61,203 nt of DNA from Acidobacteriota bacterium (GTDB lineage Bacteria > Acidobacteriota > Vicinamibacteria > Vicinamibacterales > UBA8438). Where the stretch lies: assembly GCA_022562495.1 (NCBI GenBank), contig JADFPE010000004.1:1-61203 (forward strand), read 5' to 3'. This document shows, in pieces, positions 1 through 9,630 of the stretch (its first letter is position 1; each line of letters opens with the position of its first letter). Both the position numbers and the translations under genes were made by a program. Under the pieces are notes generated by a model. That model searched no databases and was not told the DNA's origin. It was given only the letters and a program-made list of their open reading frames with translations.

Positions 1-1
1 G

Positions 2-907
2 GTGCCCGGGTTTCGCATGCGCGCCCCGACACGGGTGGGACTGTGGCGGGCGGCGAACAACATGCCGGGCGGCTGGTTGCGCTGGCTGTTCGAGCAATAT
101 GAGCTGGGCCACGTCGAGATCTCGTCGCTCGACTTCGCCGGTGACCTGTCGGAGACGTACGACGTCATCGTGTTGCCTGCCGGCACGACCCGTACTCGGA
201 TCGTGTCCGGTCTCGATCCGGAGCAGCACGACGAGCGCTGGCGGTGGGCCTACGGTGTCGGCGACGAGGGATGGCGGCAGCTGGCACGGTGGGTGCGGGA
301 GGGCGGCACGCTCGTGGCGCTCGGCAGCGCAGTGAGCACGGCGCGCGAGCTGCTGGACCTGCCGATCGAGCCGGTGCTGCCGCAGCGCCGTGGCCGCGCA
401 TCGCCCCCGCCAGAGGGCAGCCCGCGCGACGCCGACGAGACCGCAGCACTACGCGAGACCTTCCAGAGCCCCGCGCAACTGCTGGTTGCGCTGCGTGACC
501 GGGTCGTCGAGCCGACGTCGCTCTTCTACTGTCCGGGCTCGCTGCTGAAGCAGGAGTTCAACCCGACTCACCCGGTCGCTTTCGGTATGCCGGAGCGCTG
601 GCCGGTGTTCTTCCGCTTCGACCAGGCCTACCGGCTGACACCGAGCTTCGAGATCACCGCCGAGACCGTGTCGCGGTACCCGGACGAGGCGGACCTGGTG
701 GCCAGCGGCTGGTTGCTGGGCGACGAGCTGCTGAGGAACCAGGCCAATGTGGTCGCGTTCCAGGTCGGCAAGGGCTCGGTCGTGACCCTGGGTAGCCAGA
801 TTGCGTTTCGCTCCCAGACCCGGGGCACCTTCAAGCTGCTGTTCAACGCCATCTTCCAGGGCCCGGCCGAGACCCTCAGCGCCGTGGAGCTGGCTCGCCT
901 GGACTAG
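2..907 (+). CDS. C-terminal part of a secreted M14-type zinc carboxypeptidase-like protein (GATase-like C-terminal region); 5' truncated by window edge
   Basis: Motifs GWLRWLFEQY, YDVIVLP, WVREGGTLVALG, LVASGWLLG and FRSQTRGTFKLLFNAIF are typical of the C-terminus of large acidobacterial M14 peptidases. The catalytic domain is outside the window. Confidence 0.7.
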   Translation: MPGFRMRAPTRVGLWRAANNMPGGWLRWLFEQYELGHVEISSLDFAGDLSETYDVIVLPAGTTRTRIVSGLDPEQHDERWRWAYGVGDEGWRQLARWVREGGTLVALGSAVSTARELLDLPIEPVLPQRRGRASPPPEGSPRDADETAALRETFQSPAQLLVALRDRVVEPTSLFYCPGSLLKQEFNPTHPVAFGMPERWPVFFRFDQAYRLTPSFEITAETVSRYPDEADLVASGWLLGDELLRNQANVVAFQVGKGSVVTLGSQIAFRSQTRGTFKLLFNAIFQGPAETLSAVELARLD

Positions 908-923
908 GACGGACACTCACAAA

Positions 924-984
924 AGTCAGGAGGCGGGAGGCAGGTGGTAGCGGCCTGTCCCGCCGAAACCTTGGCGAAGGCGGA
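924..984 (+). repeat. Composite intergenic repeat: (CAGGAGG)-like heptamers plus CCGCCGAA-CCTTGGCGAAGGCGG REP-like palindrome
   Basis: An inverted copy lies at 49131-49200. Related palindromes occur at about 34555-34580 and 36476-36500. Confidence 0.7.
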
Positions 985-1018
985 ACGCCTTCGCCGGTGT
1001 TTTCTGGGTTCCACGACG

Positions 1019-2830
1019 ATGCCACGCGGGTCCACCCCCCACACCATCTACCAACGTCTGCTGGACGAGCGACGCCGTGAGGAGACGGCGCTCACGCGGC
1101 GCGCCGATCAGGTGAGCACGGCGCGGCTGGTCACCTTCGCTGTCGGCGCGGCGCTCGCCTGGGGTGCCATATTCGTTGGCAGGATGTCCAGCTGGTGGCT
1201 GATCCTGCCGGTGGGTGTGTTCATCGGGCTGGTCGTGCTGCACGACCGGGTGCTGCTCACCCGCGACCGGGTCACCCGCGCGGTGACGTGGTACGAGCAT
1301 GGGATCGCGCGGCTCGAGGACCGCTGGACCGGGATCGGCGCCCGGGGAGACCGGTTCGCCGACGGGGACCACCTCTTCGCCCAGGATCTGGACCTGTTCG
1401 GCGAGGGCTCGCTGTTCCAGCTGCTGAGCACGGCGCAGACACGAGCGGGCGAAGACACCCTCGCGAGCTGGCTCCGGGAGCCTGCCGACCGCGCCGACGT
1501 CACGAGACGGCAGGAGGCCGTGCGCGACCTTCGACCGCGGCTGGCGCTGCGCGAGCGCCTGGCTACCGCCGGCGCCGAGGTGCGCGCCGCCGTGCACCCG
1601 ACCGCGCTGCGCGACTGGGCGACCGCCCCGCCCGTGCTGCGCGGTGTCTGGCCGCGGGTCGTGGCGCTCGCGCTCAGCGGACTGACCGTGGCGGCGATCA
1701 TCGCGTGGGGCACCGGCACGACCGCCCCGCTGCCGATGCTGCTCGCGCTCACCGCCAGCGCGATCTTCGAACGTGGATTCCACCGGCGCACCGAGCGTGT
1801 CACGCACGGCGCCGCCGAACCGGGACGCGAGCTGACGGTCCTTGGGGGTGTCTGCCGCGTGCTTCGAGAGGACACCTACACGTCCGCACGGTTGTCGGCG
1901 CTGCGCGACGCGCTCACGACCCATGACGGCGAGGTGTCGCAGGTCGCGCGCAGACTGCAGCACCTGGTCGAGCTGCACGACTGGCAACACAACCTCATCT
2001 TCAGGCCGTTCGCCTGGCTTATGTTCTGGGAGCTGCATTGCGCCTTCGCGGTCGAGTCCTGGCGGGCGCGATACGGCGCATCGGTGCCGGACTGGCTCCG
2101 GTCCGTCGGCGAATTCGAGGCGCTGTCGGCGCTTGGCACGTACGCCTACGAGCACCCGGCCGATGTGTATCCGGAGCTGGTCGACGTCGACGGACCACCG
2201 GTCTACGAGGCCGAAGCGCTGGCGCATCCATTGATTCCGACGGCGGTGAGTGTCGCCAACGACGTGACCCTGGGCGCCGACCCGCAGGTGCTGATCGTCA
2301 GCGGCTCGAACATGTCGGGCAAGACCACCCTGCTGCGGAGCGTCGGCGTCAGTACGGTCATGGCGCTGATGGGCGGCCCAGTACGGGCCCGTCGTCTGCG
2401 ACTGTCTCCGGTCGCGGTCGGCGCCACGCTGCGGATCGAGGAATCGCTGCAGGCGGGACGGTCCCGGTTCTACGCCGAGGTGCTCCGTCTGGGACAGATC
2501 GTCGAGATGGCGCGCGCCGGGCCAATGCTGTTCCTGCTCGACGAGCTGTTCCACGGCACCAACTCCCACGACCGCGCCGAGGGCGCACGCGGTCTGCTCC
2601 GGTCGCTGCTCTCACTCGGGGCGGTCGGGCTGGTGACGACGCACGACCTCGCGCTGGCCGAGACCGCGGCCCGGATGGCGCCGGCGGCGCTGAACGTCCA
2701 CTTCGACGACACGCTGGTCGAGGGTGAGATGCGGTTCGACTACCGGGTGAAACCGGGGCCAGTCACCCGGAGCAACGCATTGGCGATCATGCGCGCCGTC
2801 GGCCTGGACATCGAGCCGAAGGAGAGCTGA
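1019..2830 (+). CDS. Membrane-anchored MutS-family ATPase (MutS domain V only)
   Basis: Walker A GSNMSGKTT, SRFYAEV, Walker B LFLLDELFHGTNS and TTHDL, with N-terminal hydrophobic helices. Start moved to ATG 1019 because the ORF start at 944 lies in a repeat. Confidence 0.88.
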   Translation: MPRGSTPHTIYQRLLDERRREETALTRRADQVSTARLVTFAVGAALAWGAIFVGRMSSWWLILPVGVFIGLVVLHDRVLLTRDRVTRAVTWYEHGIARLEDRWTGIGARGDRFADGDHLFAQDLDLFGEGSLFQLLSTAQTRAGEDTLASWLREPADRADVTRRQEAVRDLRPRLALRERLATAGAEVRAAVHPTALRDWATAPPVLRGVWPRVVALALSGLTVAAIIAWGTGTTAPLPMLLALTASAIFERGFHRRTERVTHGAAEPGRELTVLGGVCRVLREDTYTSARLSALRDALTTHDGEVSQVARRLQHLVELHDWQHNLIFRPFAWLMFWELHCAFAVESWRARYGASVPDWLRSVGEFEALSALGTYAYEHPADVYPELVDVDGPPVYEAEALAHPLIPTAVSVANDVTLGADPQVLIVSGSNMSGKTTLLRSVGVSTVMALMGGPVRARRLRLSPVAVGATLRIEESLQAGRSRFYAEVLRLGQIVEMARAGPMLFLLDELFHGTNSHDRAEGARGLLRSLLSLGAVGLVTTHDLALAETAARMAPAALNVHFDDTLVEGEMRFDYRVKPGPVTRSNALAIMRAVGLDIEPKES

Positions 2831-2831
2831 C

Positions 2832-2907
2832 CCTTCGACAGCGGCACGGCGGGCTTTGCTCAGGGCAGGCCTTCGACGACGGCACGGTGGGATTCGCTCA
2901 GGGCCGG
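2832..2907 (+). repeat. Two tandem 38-bp REP-like units (CCTTCGAC...GCTCAGGGC.GG)
   Basis: 2832-2869 and 2870-2907 align with few mismatches, directly after the MutS-like stop. Confidence 0.75.
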
Positions 2908-3074
2908 CGTGGGCCGGCGTTATACTCCGACCTGGAGACTGGTGCCCGTGGCCCTCAACCTAGCAGCCCTCTGCCCCCAGGGGGAGGGGAGACACTGGAG
3001 CGCCTGAAGTCCGACGTCTGCAGCCTGAAGCCCCAGAGCAGACGAGGTTGCTTGCCACCTGCCAGCCAAGAACG

Positions 3075-4007
3075 ATGCGAGACACTCACGGCGTTCGCCA
3101 GGGTTGGATCGGCTGCGCGGCGACGCTGCTGGCGGTGGCGGGCGTCACCCTCCACGCGGCGGCGCTCCCGGCGCAGGAACCGGCGACCGTCGACGACGTG
3201 ATCGCCCGGGCGGCCGCGTATGTCGAGTCCTTCGTCGAGCAGCTCTCGACCGTCGTGATGGAGGAGGACTACCGGCAGACCTACTTCGCGGATCGTCGCG
3301 CCAACGCGGCGCATACCCGGCTCGTCTCGGAGTTTCTGCTCGTGCGGCTGCTGGGGGTCGGCGAGTGGGTGGCCTTCCGCGACGTCTTCGAGGTCAACGG
3401 CCGGCAGATCCGGGACCGTCAGGACCGGCTGGCCACGCTCTTTCTCGGCGACACGACCACGGTCCTCGCCCAGGCACAACGCATTGCGCAGGAAAGCTCC
3501 CGATACAACCTGGGGACGACCGTGCGCACCTTCAACGTCCCCACCTACGCGCTGTTCTTTCTGCACCCCTCCAACACGAGCCGGTTTCGCTTCGAAAAGG
3601 CAGATGAGGGCTGCGCCGACGAGGACACCGCGTGGGACATTCGCTTCGAGGAAATCGAGTACCCGACGCTGACCCATGGCTTCGAGAACATCAGCCTGCC
3701 CACCCGCGGCCGCTTCTGTCTCGACCCGGTGTCCGGTCGGGTCATCGAGACGGAGTTCGAGCTCCATCATCCGTCGGCCGCCGGTGGACGACTGGCCACC
3801 GACGTGAAGGTCAGGGTCAGGTTTGCCCTCGAGCCCAGGTTGAACCTGTGGGTCCCGGTCGAGATGCGCGAGACGTACTCGGAGCGCGGCGGTGGAAGAA
3901 CCAACAGCACGGCCAAGTACCGGAACTACCGGCAGTTCAGTGTGACGGTGATCGAGAACAGTGACGCCGGGACCGACCCGCCGGCCGAGCCTGATAGGCC
4001 GGATTGA
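3075..4007 (+). CDS. Secreted hypothetical protein (acidobacterial family)
   Basis: Signal peptide, then EEDYRQ, RLVSEFLLV, FRDVFEVNG, WVPVEMRETY and AKYRNYRQF; normal codon bias. Confidence 0.75.
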   Translation: MRDTHGVRQGWIGCAATLLAVAGVTLHAAALPAQEPATVDDVIARAAAYVESFVEQLSTVVMEEDYRQTYFADRRANAAHTRLVSEFLLVRLLGVGEWVAFRDVFEVNGRQIRDRQDRLATLFLGDTTTVLAQAQRIAQESSRYNLGTTVRTFNVPTYALFFLHPSNTSRFRFEKADEGCADEDTAWDIRFEEIEYPTLTHGFENISLPTRGRFCLDPVSGRVIETEFELHHPSAAGGRLATDVKVRVRFALEPRLNLWVPVEMRETYSERGGGRTNSTAKYRNYRQFSVTVIENSDAGTDPPAEPDRPD

Positions 4008-4174
4008 CCATCACCGCACATCACGAACGGGAGAGACCGCCCCGTCGTCGTCCGGGGTGGGCCGAGTCAGGCGACTCAGGCCAGGCGATCGTGCGATCCG
4101 AGTCGTTCGTTACCGCCAGTTGCGTGCGCCGGGATACGCGCCCGGCACGTCGATCCGCCCAGAGAACGACGGCC

Positions 4175-4680
4175 GGCGGCGAGGGCTACCCGTATCGCGG
4201 CCAGACGGTCTTCGAATCGCTGTTCGGTGGCGAAGAGGTGGTCGTCATCATGGAACGGGACGATGACGTCCCCCTGGTCCAGTACGACTTCCTGCTGCTT
4301 GCAACGTCGCAGACCTCGACGCTGCAAACGGAATTGGCCGCGGCGGGTCAGCGAGGGTTCGAGCTCGCGGGTCTCACCGTCGGATCGACGGCGTTCGGGG
4401 GTGACATCGAACCGTCCGAGGCAGAGGAGGTGTTCGCCCTGGGTCCGCTCGTCCGACGGACCAAGCGGGGTGTCCTCGGCGAACTCGAAGAGCGGCCCGT
4501 CGAGTTCAGCTTGACGGAAGACTTGCGAGAACAGATTCTGAGCGGCGGCAGATCCCGTCGCCTACAGAACATCTCGATCAAGCTTGATCCGGTGCACATT
4601 CAGGCCATGCGCAAGATTGCGGTCATGAAGTCGACGCCGTATCAGACACGCATCCGACAGTGGCTGGCCGAGCGGATCGA
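4175..4680 (+). pseudogene. In-frame mosaic of gene relics: repeat-protein fragment, BrnT-like toxin fragment and CopG/BrnA-like antitoxin fragment
   Basis: Three segments: YRGQTVFESLFGGEEVVVIMER...LLATSQTSTLQTEL; IEPSEAEEVFALGPLVRRTKRG; LQNISIKLDP...PYQTRIRQWLAERI. No plausible start codon. Confidence 0.55.
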
Positions 4681-5278
4681 TCACGATCACTGCGGGCGCA
4701 TACTGGTCTCCGTCGACCGACGCCAGGAACACGCCGTCGGAGCGGTCCGGGCGATTCAGCAGGTCGCTCACGATTCGGAGATGAAGATTAATTTGGATCC
4801 GCTCTCGTTGCAGCTCCAGGTAGTCCTCGTACACCTCGGTGGCGCGCGCGTCGGGAGCCCCCGCGACCACCGGCGCGTGCGCCAGCATCTCCTCACCCGT
4901 CTGGTCGGTAAACAAGAGCAGCAGACGATCGAACCGATCCGTCAGTGTCTCGAGCCGCTCGTCGCCCGTCACCAACCGCAGATGACGCCGCTCCGCGTCG
5001 GTCGCCGGCTCGAGTCGGTACTCCCCTTCGCCCAGAAACACGGCACCGAACGTCTCGCCGTCGAACGGCGCCAGCAGGTGCAGGACCCCCGAGCGAAGGT
5101 CGATTCGATAGGCGTCTCGCACCAGCGTCAACCCGTTGACCGGGATGGTGCGTCCGTCCGGACGGGCGGCGCGGACCGCGTCGTACTCCGGCACCGTCTG
5201 GGCGCTCACTGGCACCGCAACCAGCGTCAGACTACAAACGGCAACCAGGCCGCACGGGAATCTTGTAGTGATGTGCAC
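4665..5278 (-). pseudogene. Truncated N-terminus of a large secreted protein (probably M1/gluzincin-type peptidase family)
   Basis: Signal peptide and LTLVRDA...GAVFLGEGEYRLEP...ERRHL...LLLFTD. After VIDPLG the frame runs into the antisense of the antitoxin relic and stops at 4562. Confidence 0.55.
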
Positions 5279-5332
5279 ACCTCACCCCCATCCCGTCTAT
5301 TCTATGCCCAGCGCAGATGTGCCCCGCGGCGG

Positions 5333-6697
5333 TCAACCGGCGGTGGCCGTGTCGACCGCCGTCTCGAAGATCTCGACCGCCTGGTCGATCTGCCCGCGGC
5401 TGATGACGAGCGGCGGACTGAACCGGATGGCGCTCTCGCCGCAGCCGAGCAGCAGCACACCGCGGTGGAACGCCTGCTCGATCACCGTGTTGCGCACCGC
5501 CGGGTCCGGCCGGCGAGTCTCGCGATCGGTCACGAAGTCGACAGCGGTCATCAGACCGAGCCCGCGGAGATCGCCGATCGCCGGCCGGCGCTCCATCACG
5601 GTCCGCAGCCGGGTCTGCAGGTGCGCGCCCATCTCGGCCGCGTGTGTCACCAGACCGCCGTCGAGCAGGTCGAGCGTCGCCAGCGCCGCGGCACAGCTGA
5701 CCGGATTCCCGCCGAAGGTGGACGCGTGAGCGCCTGGGTCCCAGTGCATCAGCTCGGCCCGCGCCACGAGCGCGCCGAGCGGCAGCCCCGACGCGATCCC
5801 CTTGGCCACGGTGATCATGTCCGGCTCGACCCCGGCGTGCTCGACCGCGAACATCTTCCCGGTCCGCCCCATGCCGCTCTGCACCTCGTCGCACACCAGC
5901 AGGATGCCGTGCGTGTCGCAGATGCGCCGCAGCCCCTGCAGGAAGCTTGGTGGCGCCACCACGTAGCCGCCTTCCCCCTGCACCGGCTCGACGAAGATGG
6001 CGGCCACCTCTGTGGGCGACACCCCGCGTTGCAGCAGGACCTCCTCGATCTGCTCGAGCGAGCGCCCGCAACAGTCAGCGCCCGCGGGGACCTGGTCGCG
6101 CCGGTCACAGCGATAGCAGTACGGGTACTCGACGTGGGTCACCTCCGGCACCAGCGGCAGGAACCCGCGTCGCTGGACCGGTTTGCTCGCCGTCAGTGAC
6201 AGGGCGCCCAGCGTGCGCCCGTGGAACGCGCCGTAGAAGGCGATGACGTGCGGCCGGCCGGTGTGATGCCGCGCGAGTTTGAATGCCGCCTCGATCGCCT
6301 CGGCGCCCGAGTTGCCGAACGCGACACGACACGGCCCAGACATCGGGGCGATCGCCGCGAGGCGCTCGGCCACCGCCACCTCTTCTTCGTAGTAGAAGTC
6401 GGTGCCCGACATGTGCAGATACCGGTCGACCTGCCGGTGGATCGCCTCCACGACATGCGGGTGCCGGTGCCCGGTCGAGCAGACGGCGATGCCGGCGTTC
6501 AGGTCGAGGAACCGGTTGCCGTCAGGATCGTCGACCACCACGCCGAGCCCCCGGTCGATGACGAACGGGTAGTCCCGGGTGTAGGACGGACTGAGCACCG
6601 CATGGTCCCGCTCGATGATCGCCGCGGCCCGCGGTCCGGGCAGCGCGGTCACGATCCGCGGCGCGTCAGGTTGGTCGGGAATGAGCTGGAACGGCAT
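5333..6697 (-). CDS. Class III PLP aminotransferase (acetylornithine / 4-aminobutyrate type)
   Basis: NSGAEAIEAA, FHGRTLG, EPVQGEGG, DEVQSGMGRTG, TVAKGIASG (PLP lysine) and STFGGNP. Confidence 0.93.
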   Translation of the reverse strand: MPFQLIPDQPDAPRIVTALPGPRAAAIIERDHAVLSPSYTRDYPFVIDRGLGVVVDDPDGNRFLDLNAGIAVCSTGHRHPHVVEAIHRQVDRYLHMSGTDFYYEEEVAVAERLAAIAPMSGPCRVAFGNSGAEAIEAAFKLARHHTGRPHVIAFYGAFHGRTLGALSLTASKPVQRRGFLPLVPEVTHVEYPYCYRCDRRDQVPAGADCCGRSLEQIEEVLLQRGVSPTEVAAIFVEPVQGEGGYVVAPPSFLQGLRRICDTHGILLVCDEVQSGMGRTGKMFAVEHAGVEPDMITVAKGIASGLPLGALVARAELMHWDPGAHASTFGGNPVSCAAALATLDLLDGGLVTHAAEMGAHLQTRLRTVMERRPAIGDLRGLGLMTAVDFVTDRETRRPDPAVRNTVIEQAFHRGVLLLGCGESAIRFSPPLVISRGQIDQAVEIFETAVDTATAG

Positions 6698-6723
6698 GTC
6701 GGCTGTGCACCCGCCTCCCTGAA

Positions 6724-6828
6724 CAGAAGTCAGAAGTCAGAAGGTAGAAGTCAGAATGAAAGCTGTGGTGAAGTTCAGAACGCCAGTGAACCCTCCGGCG
6801 TTCTCCTGTCTCCCGTCTCCTGCCTCCT
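6724..6828. repeat. Heptamer arrays (CAGAAGT)n and (TCTCCTG)n flanking a GAACCCTCCGGC core
   Basis: Direct reading; same family as 34651, 40587, 44830 and 56822. Confidence 0.7.
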
Positions 6829-7013
6829 CACGAGCTTTCCGTGTCCCTCTGCGCCTTCTTCAACGCCGCTTCATTCATCGCTCCATTGTCACCTGCCCAG
6901 CCGGGATCCGTGCCGGCATTTCTGAATGCGCCGCTCCGGTTCCTGCTGACATCCGCCTGCTTGTGTCCCCATCCCTCTGTCGTACGATGACCGGACACGC
7001 TCGGAGGACACCC

Positions 7014-7230
7014 ATGCCAGTCTCAGCATCCCGGATCGCGCCCGGGCGGTCCCGGCAGCCGCATGTCTGGCTGGGGGCCGCGTTCGTCGGCGGCGCCCGC
7101 GTCATCACCCAGCTCCCGGCGACCGCGCGGGGCGGACGGCCGCTCGTGCTGCAAGACTACGACCGCATCGAGCGCGTGGGAGACGGCGCACTGTCACCCG
7201 ACCGCCAGTTCCTCATGTTCCGGCGGCAGG
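7014..7230 (+). pseudogene. Remnant 5' end of an S9/TolB-propeller-type secreted peptidase
   Basis: GGAGG RBS at 7003, degenerate signal peptide, and RPLVLQDYDRIERVGDGALSPDRQFLMF, which resembles the first propeller blade. Homology is lost after that. Confidence 0.4.
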
Positions 7231-7415
7231 CCGGGCTGACTCTGGTCATCGAGGCGAGGGAGGCGGGGAGCATCCCGGCGGGCGCGGCGCGCCGGCGGGG
7301 GAAGGCCACGCAGTCGGAGGCGAAGCGAGCGGCACCCGCACTCGTCGGTCGCCGGGCACCGAACAGCGGGTCCGACCCTGAGGGATCAGGGAGGCGCCGA
7401 ACTGCGCGACCTGAA

Positions 7416-8201
7416 TCACACGGCCGATATCAGGACCACGACACCGGCGACCAGCAGCACTGCCCCGCCAAGCCGGCCAACCAGCTCGCCACGGGGCAGG
7501 ACCTTCTCCGCGAGCACGAAGAGGCTGATGCCGGCGACCCAGAGCAGGTTCATCACCCCGGCGACGAACAACAACGCCATCAGGATCCAGCAGCAGCCGA
7601 CGCAGTACAGGCCGTGCTCGAGCCCCATGCGCATCGCGCCGGCCCGACCCTCACGCCAGTGTCCCATGATGAACCCCAGCGGCGACCGGCAGTGGATCAG
7701 ACAGGCCTGCTTGAGCGGAGTGAACTGAAAGATCCCCGCAGTCAGCAGCAGCAGACCGCCCAGCAGCGGGCTGACGCTGACCATGCCGGGTGAGAGCAGC
7801 GCCGCCGCGTGCAGCCCCCATTGGGCGACGGTGGCGACGGCGCTGAACGCCGTCCAGACCAGCAGATACCCGGTCAGAAAGAGACCGGTCGGCACCAGCG
7901 GGTCATCACGCTCGCGACGCTTCCGGTTTGCGGCCGCCATCATCAGAATGAGCGGCGAGGCCGACGGCACCATCATCGCCACCATCATGACGGCCCACAT
8001 GACGAACAGCAGCGCGAGGTCGACCACCCCCCACGTCTGCATCCGTGGCATGGCCATGTCGGCGCTCATGTCGATGCCGGACATGCTGCGAGCCAGATAC
8101 AGCAGGTAGACCCAGCCGAGCACCGCCACCCCGACGAGGCCGGCGGTGACGATCGCCCGGTCTCGTCGCAGGACGGTCTCGAGGGTGGTTACCGGCTCCA
8201 C
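7416..8201 (-). CDS. DUF2182 predicted metal-binding integral membrane protein
   Basis: MWAVMMVAMMVPS, FQFTPLKQACLIHCRSP and GLYCVGCCWILMALLFVAGVMNLLW. GTG start at 8201 is inferred. Confidence 0.9.
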   Translation of the reverse strand: MEPVTTLETVLRRDRAIVTAGLVGVAVLGWVYLLYLARSMSGIDMSADMAMPRMQTWGVVDLALLFVMWAVMMVAMMVPSASPLILMMAAANRKRRERDDPLVPTGLFLTGYLLVWTAFSAVATVAQWGLHAAALLSPGMVSVSPLLGGLLLLTAGIFQFTPLKQACLIHCRSPLGFIMGHWREGRAGAMRMGLEHGLYCVGCCWILMALLFVAGVMNLLWVAGISLFVLAEKVLPRGELVGRLGGAVLLVAGVVVLISAV

Positions 8202-8256
8202 CTGGGTGAACCCGATCGATCCGGGGCCGGACGACCCGGGCGCGGCGAACGCGCGC

Positions 8257-8871
8257 TCAGGCGTTGGACCAGTCGAAGTCGTAGAGGATCCAGTTGGAGT
8301 TCTCCGAGGCGACCGAAACGCCGGCGGCCGAGACACTGAACGTGCCCACGCCGCACTGGCCTCTGGTCCAGATGAAGCCCGTGGGCAGATGCACCTCCGC
8401 GAGGTGCTCCTTGCCGGTGACCGGGTTCGTGAAGGTGTCACCGCGACCTTCGCCGATCCCGTCGATACGGAAGGTGCTCTTCGGACCACTGCCCTCGATG
8501 GTGATCCGCGCCTTCTCCAGTCCGACCACCTCGAACGTCGGCCCCAGCAGCTCCCATGGCATCCCGCCGAGCTGACCGGTGAAGATCTGGCCGAGCACCC
8601 CGGCCTGTGCGTCCGTCGTCGACGGGTCGACCACGAAGGCGCACTTGCCCCCGCCCTCATGAATCGCCTTGGGCCAGTCGATGATGGCGGCGCACGTCAC
8701 CCCGGACAGATCGACGTCGCCACAGGAACCGCTGTCGATCTTAAACCCGACGAGGGCACGACAGCTGCCGTCTTTCGAGTTGGGAAATCCGCCGAAGTTG
8801 CAGCCGCAGCCGAAGTCGCAGTTGCAATATTCATAACCCTGGCCCTGCATGGCCCACCGTGTCGCTGTCAT
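8257..8871 (-). CDS. DUF1326 domain protein
   Basis: EYCNCDFGCGC...GSC, G-VDLSG and IDWPKAIHEGGG; adjacent to DUF2182 as usual for the family. Confidence 0.88.
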   Translation of the reverse strand: MTATRWAMQGQGYEYCNCDFGCGCNFGGFPNSKDGSCRALVGFKIDSGSCGDVDLSGVTCAAIIDWPKAIHEGGGKCAFVVDPSTTDAQAGVLGQIFTGQLGGMPWELLGPTFEVVGLEKARITIEGSGPKSTFRIDGIGEGRGDTFTNPVTGKEHLAEVHLPTGFIWTRGQCGVGTFSVSAAGVSVASENSNWILYDFDWSNA

Positions 8872-9057
8872 CTGGACTCTCCTGAAACGTATCTCCCCGG
8901 TCCGCGACCGTGTCGCGGCCCTCCACACCGGACGTGATGCTAGCACCAAAACGCATGTCACCGTCAGCCCACTGTCGCCCTCGGGCCGAGGCCACGAACC
9001 GCGTCGGCCGGCCCGTTGCTCGTCTGCTAGGATGGAGACCTTTCGGACAAGAACCGG

Positions 9058-9522
9058 ATGAATGGAGGATGGAAAATGGTAGGCGTGACAAGTCTGATGC
9101 TCGTGCTCTCGATGGCGGCGGCCCAGGCGGTTCCTCCGGGCACCTACGCCAGCGGCGACGACCTCGAGAAGGCGCTGAAGGACCAGCCGGCGGCGCCGAG
9201 GGTCGTCGCCCGTATCGAGAGCACCGACCTGACGCGGGTGAACCTGATTCACCGCACCGTGCCGCAGAACGCCATCGTGCACGCCACCGGATGGGAGGTG
9301 CATCATATCGTCGATGGCAGCGGGACGATCGTGACCGGCGGTACGCTGGTCCGGTCGGTCGACGGCAGCGGCGCAAGGGTGGCCACGATCGCGGAGGGCG
9401 AGAGCCGCACGGTCAGCAGAGGCGACGTGATCGTGATCCCCGCCGGCACACCGCACTGGTACTCCCACATAGCCGGCTCGGTGACGTATCTGGAGATCCG
9501 GTACGATCCCGGAACCAACTAG
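9058..9522 (+). CDS. Secreted cupin-domain protein
   Basis: Signal peptide, HATGWEVHHIVDGSGTIVTGG and GDVIVIPAGTPHWYS. Start may be ATG 9076. Confidence 0.85.
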   Translation: MNGGWKMVGVTSLMLVLSMAAAQAVPPGTYASGDDLEKALKDQPAAPRVVARIESTDLTRVNLIHRTVPQNAIVHATGWEVHHIVDGSGTIVTGGTLVRSVDGSGARVATIAEGESRTVSRGDVIVIPAGTPHWYSHIAGSVTYLEIRYDPGTN

Positions 9523-9556
9523 GGAACCTCTATCGTGGTCGCGGCGTCTTACGCGC

Positions 9557-9562
9557 TATAAT
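9557..9562 (+). promoter_or_regulatory. Sigma70-type -10 box (TATAAT)
   Basis: Perfect hexamer in GC-rich intergenic DNA upstream of 9631; GGAGG RBS before the ATG. Confidence 0.5.
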
Positions 9563-9630
9563 TTGGGGTCACCCAACCGGTACAGGTCCGGCCGCACCTT
9601 TCCGCGGCTGTTCGAGATGGAGGTCACTCA

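Noticed and set aside
2832-2907. Possible CRISPR array
   Set aside because: Only two abutting units, no spacers and no cas genes.
4004-6199. 731-aa plus-strand ORF
   Set aside because: Beyond about 4680 it is the antisense shadow of real minus-strand genes; only the relic fragments are meaningful.
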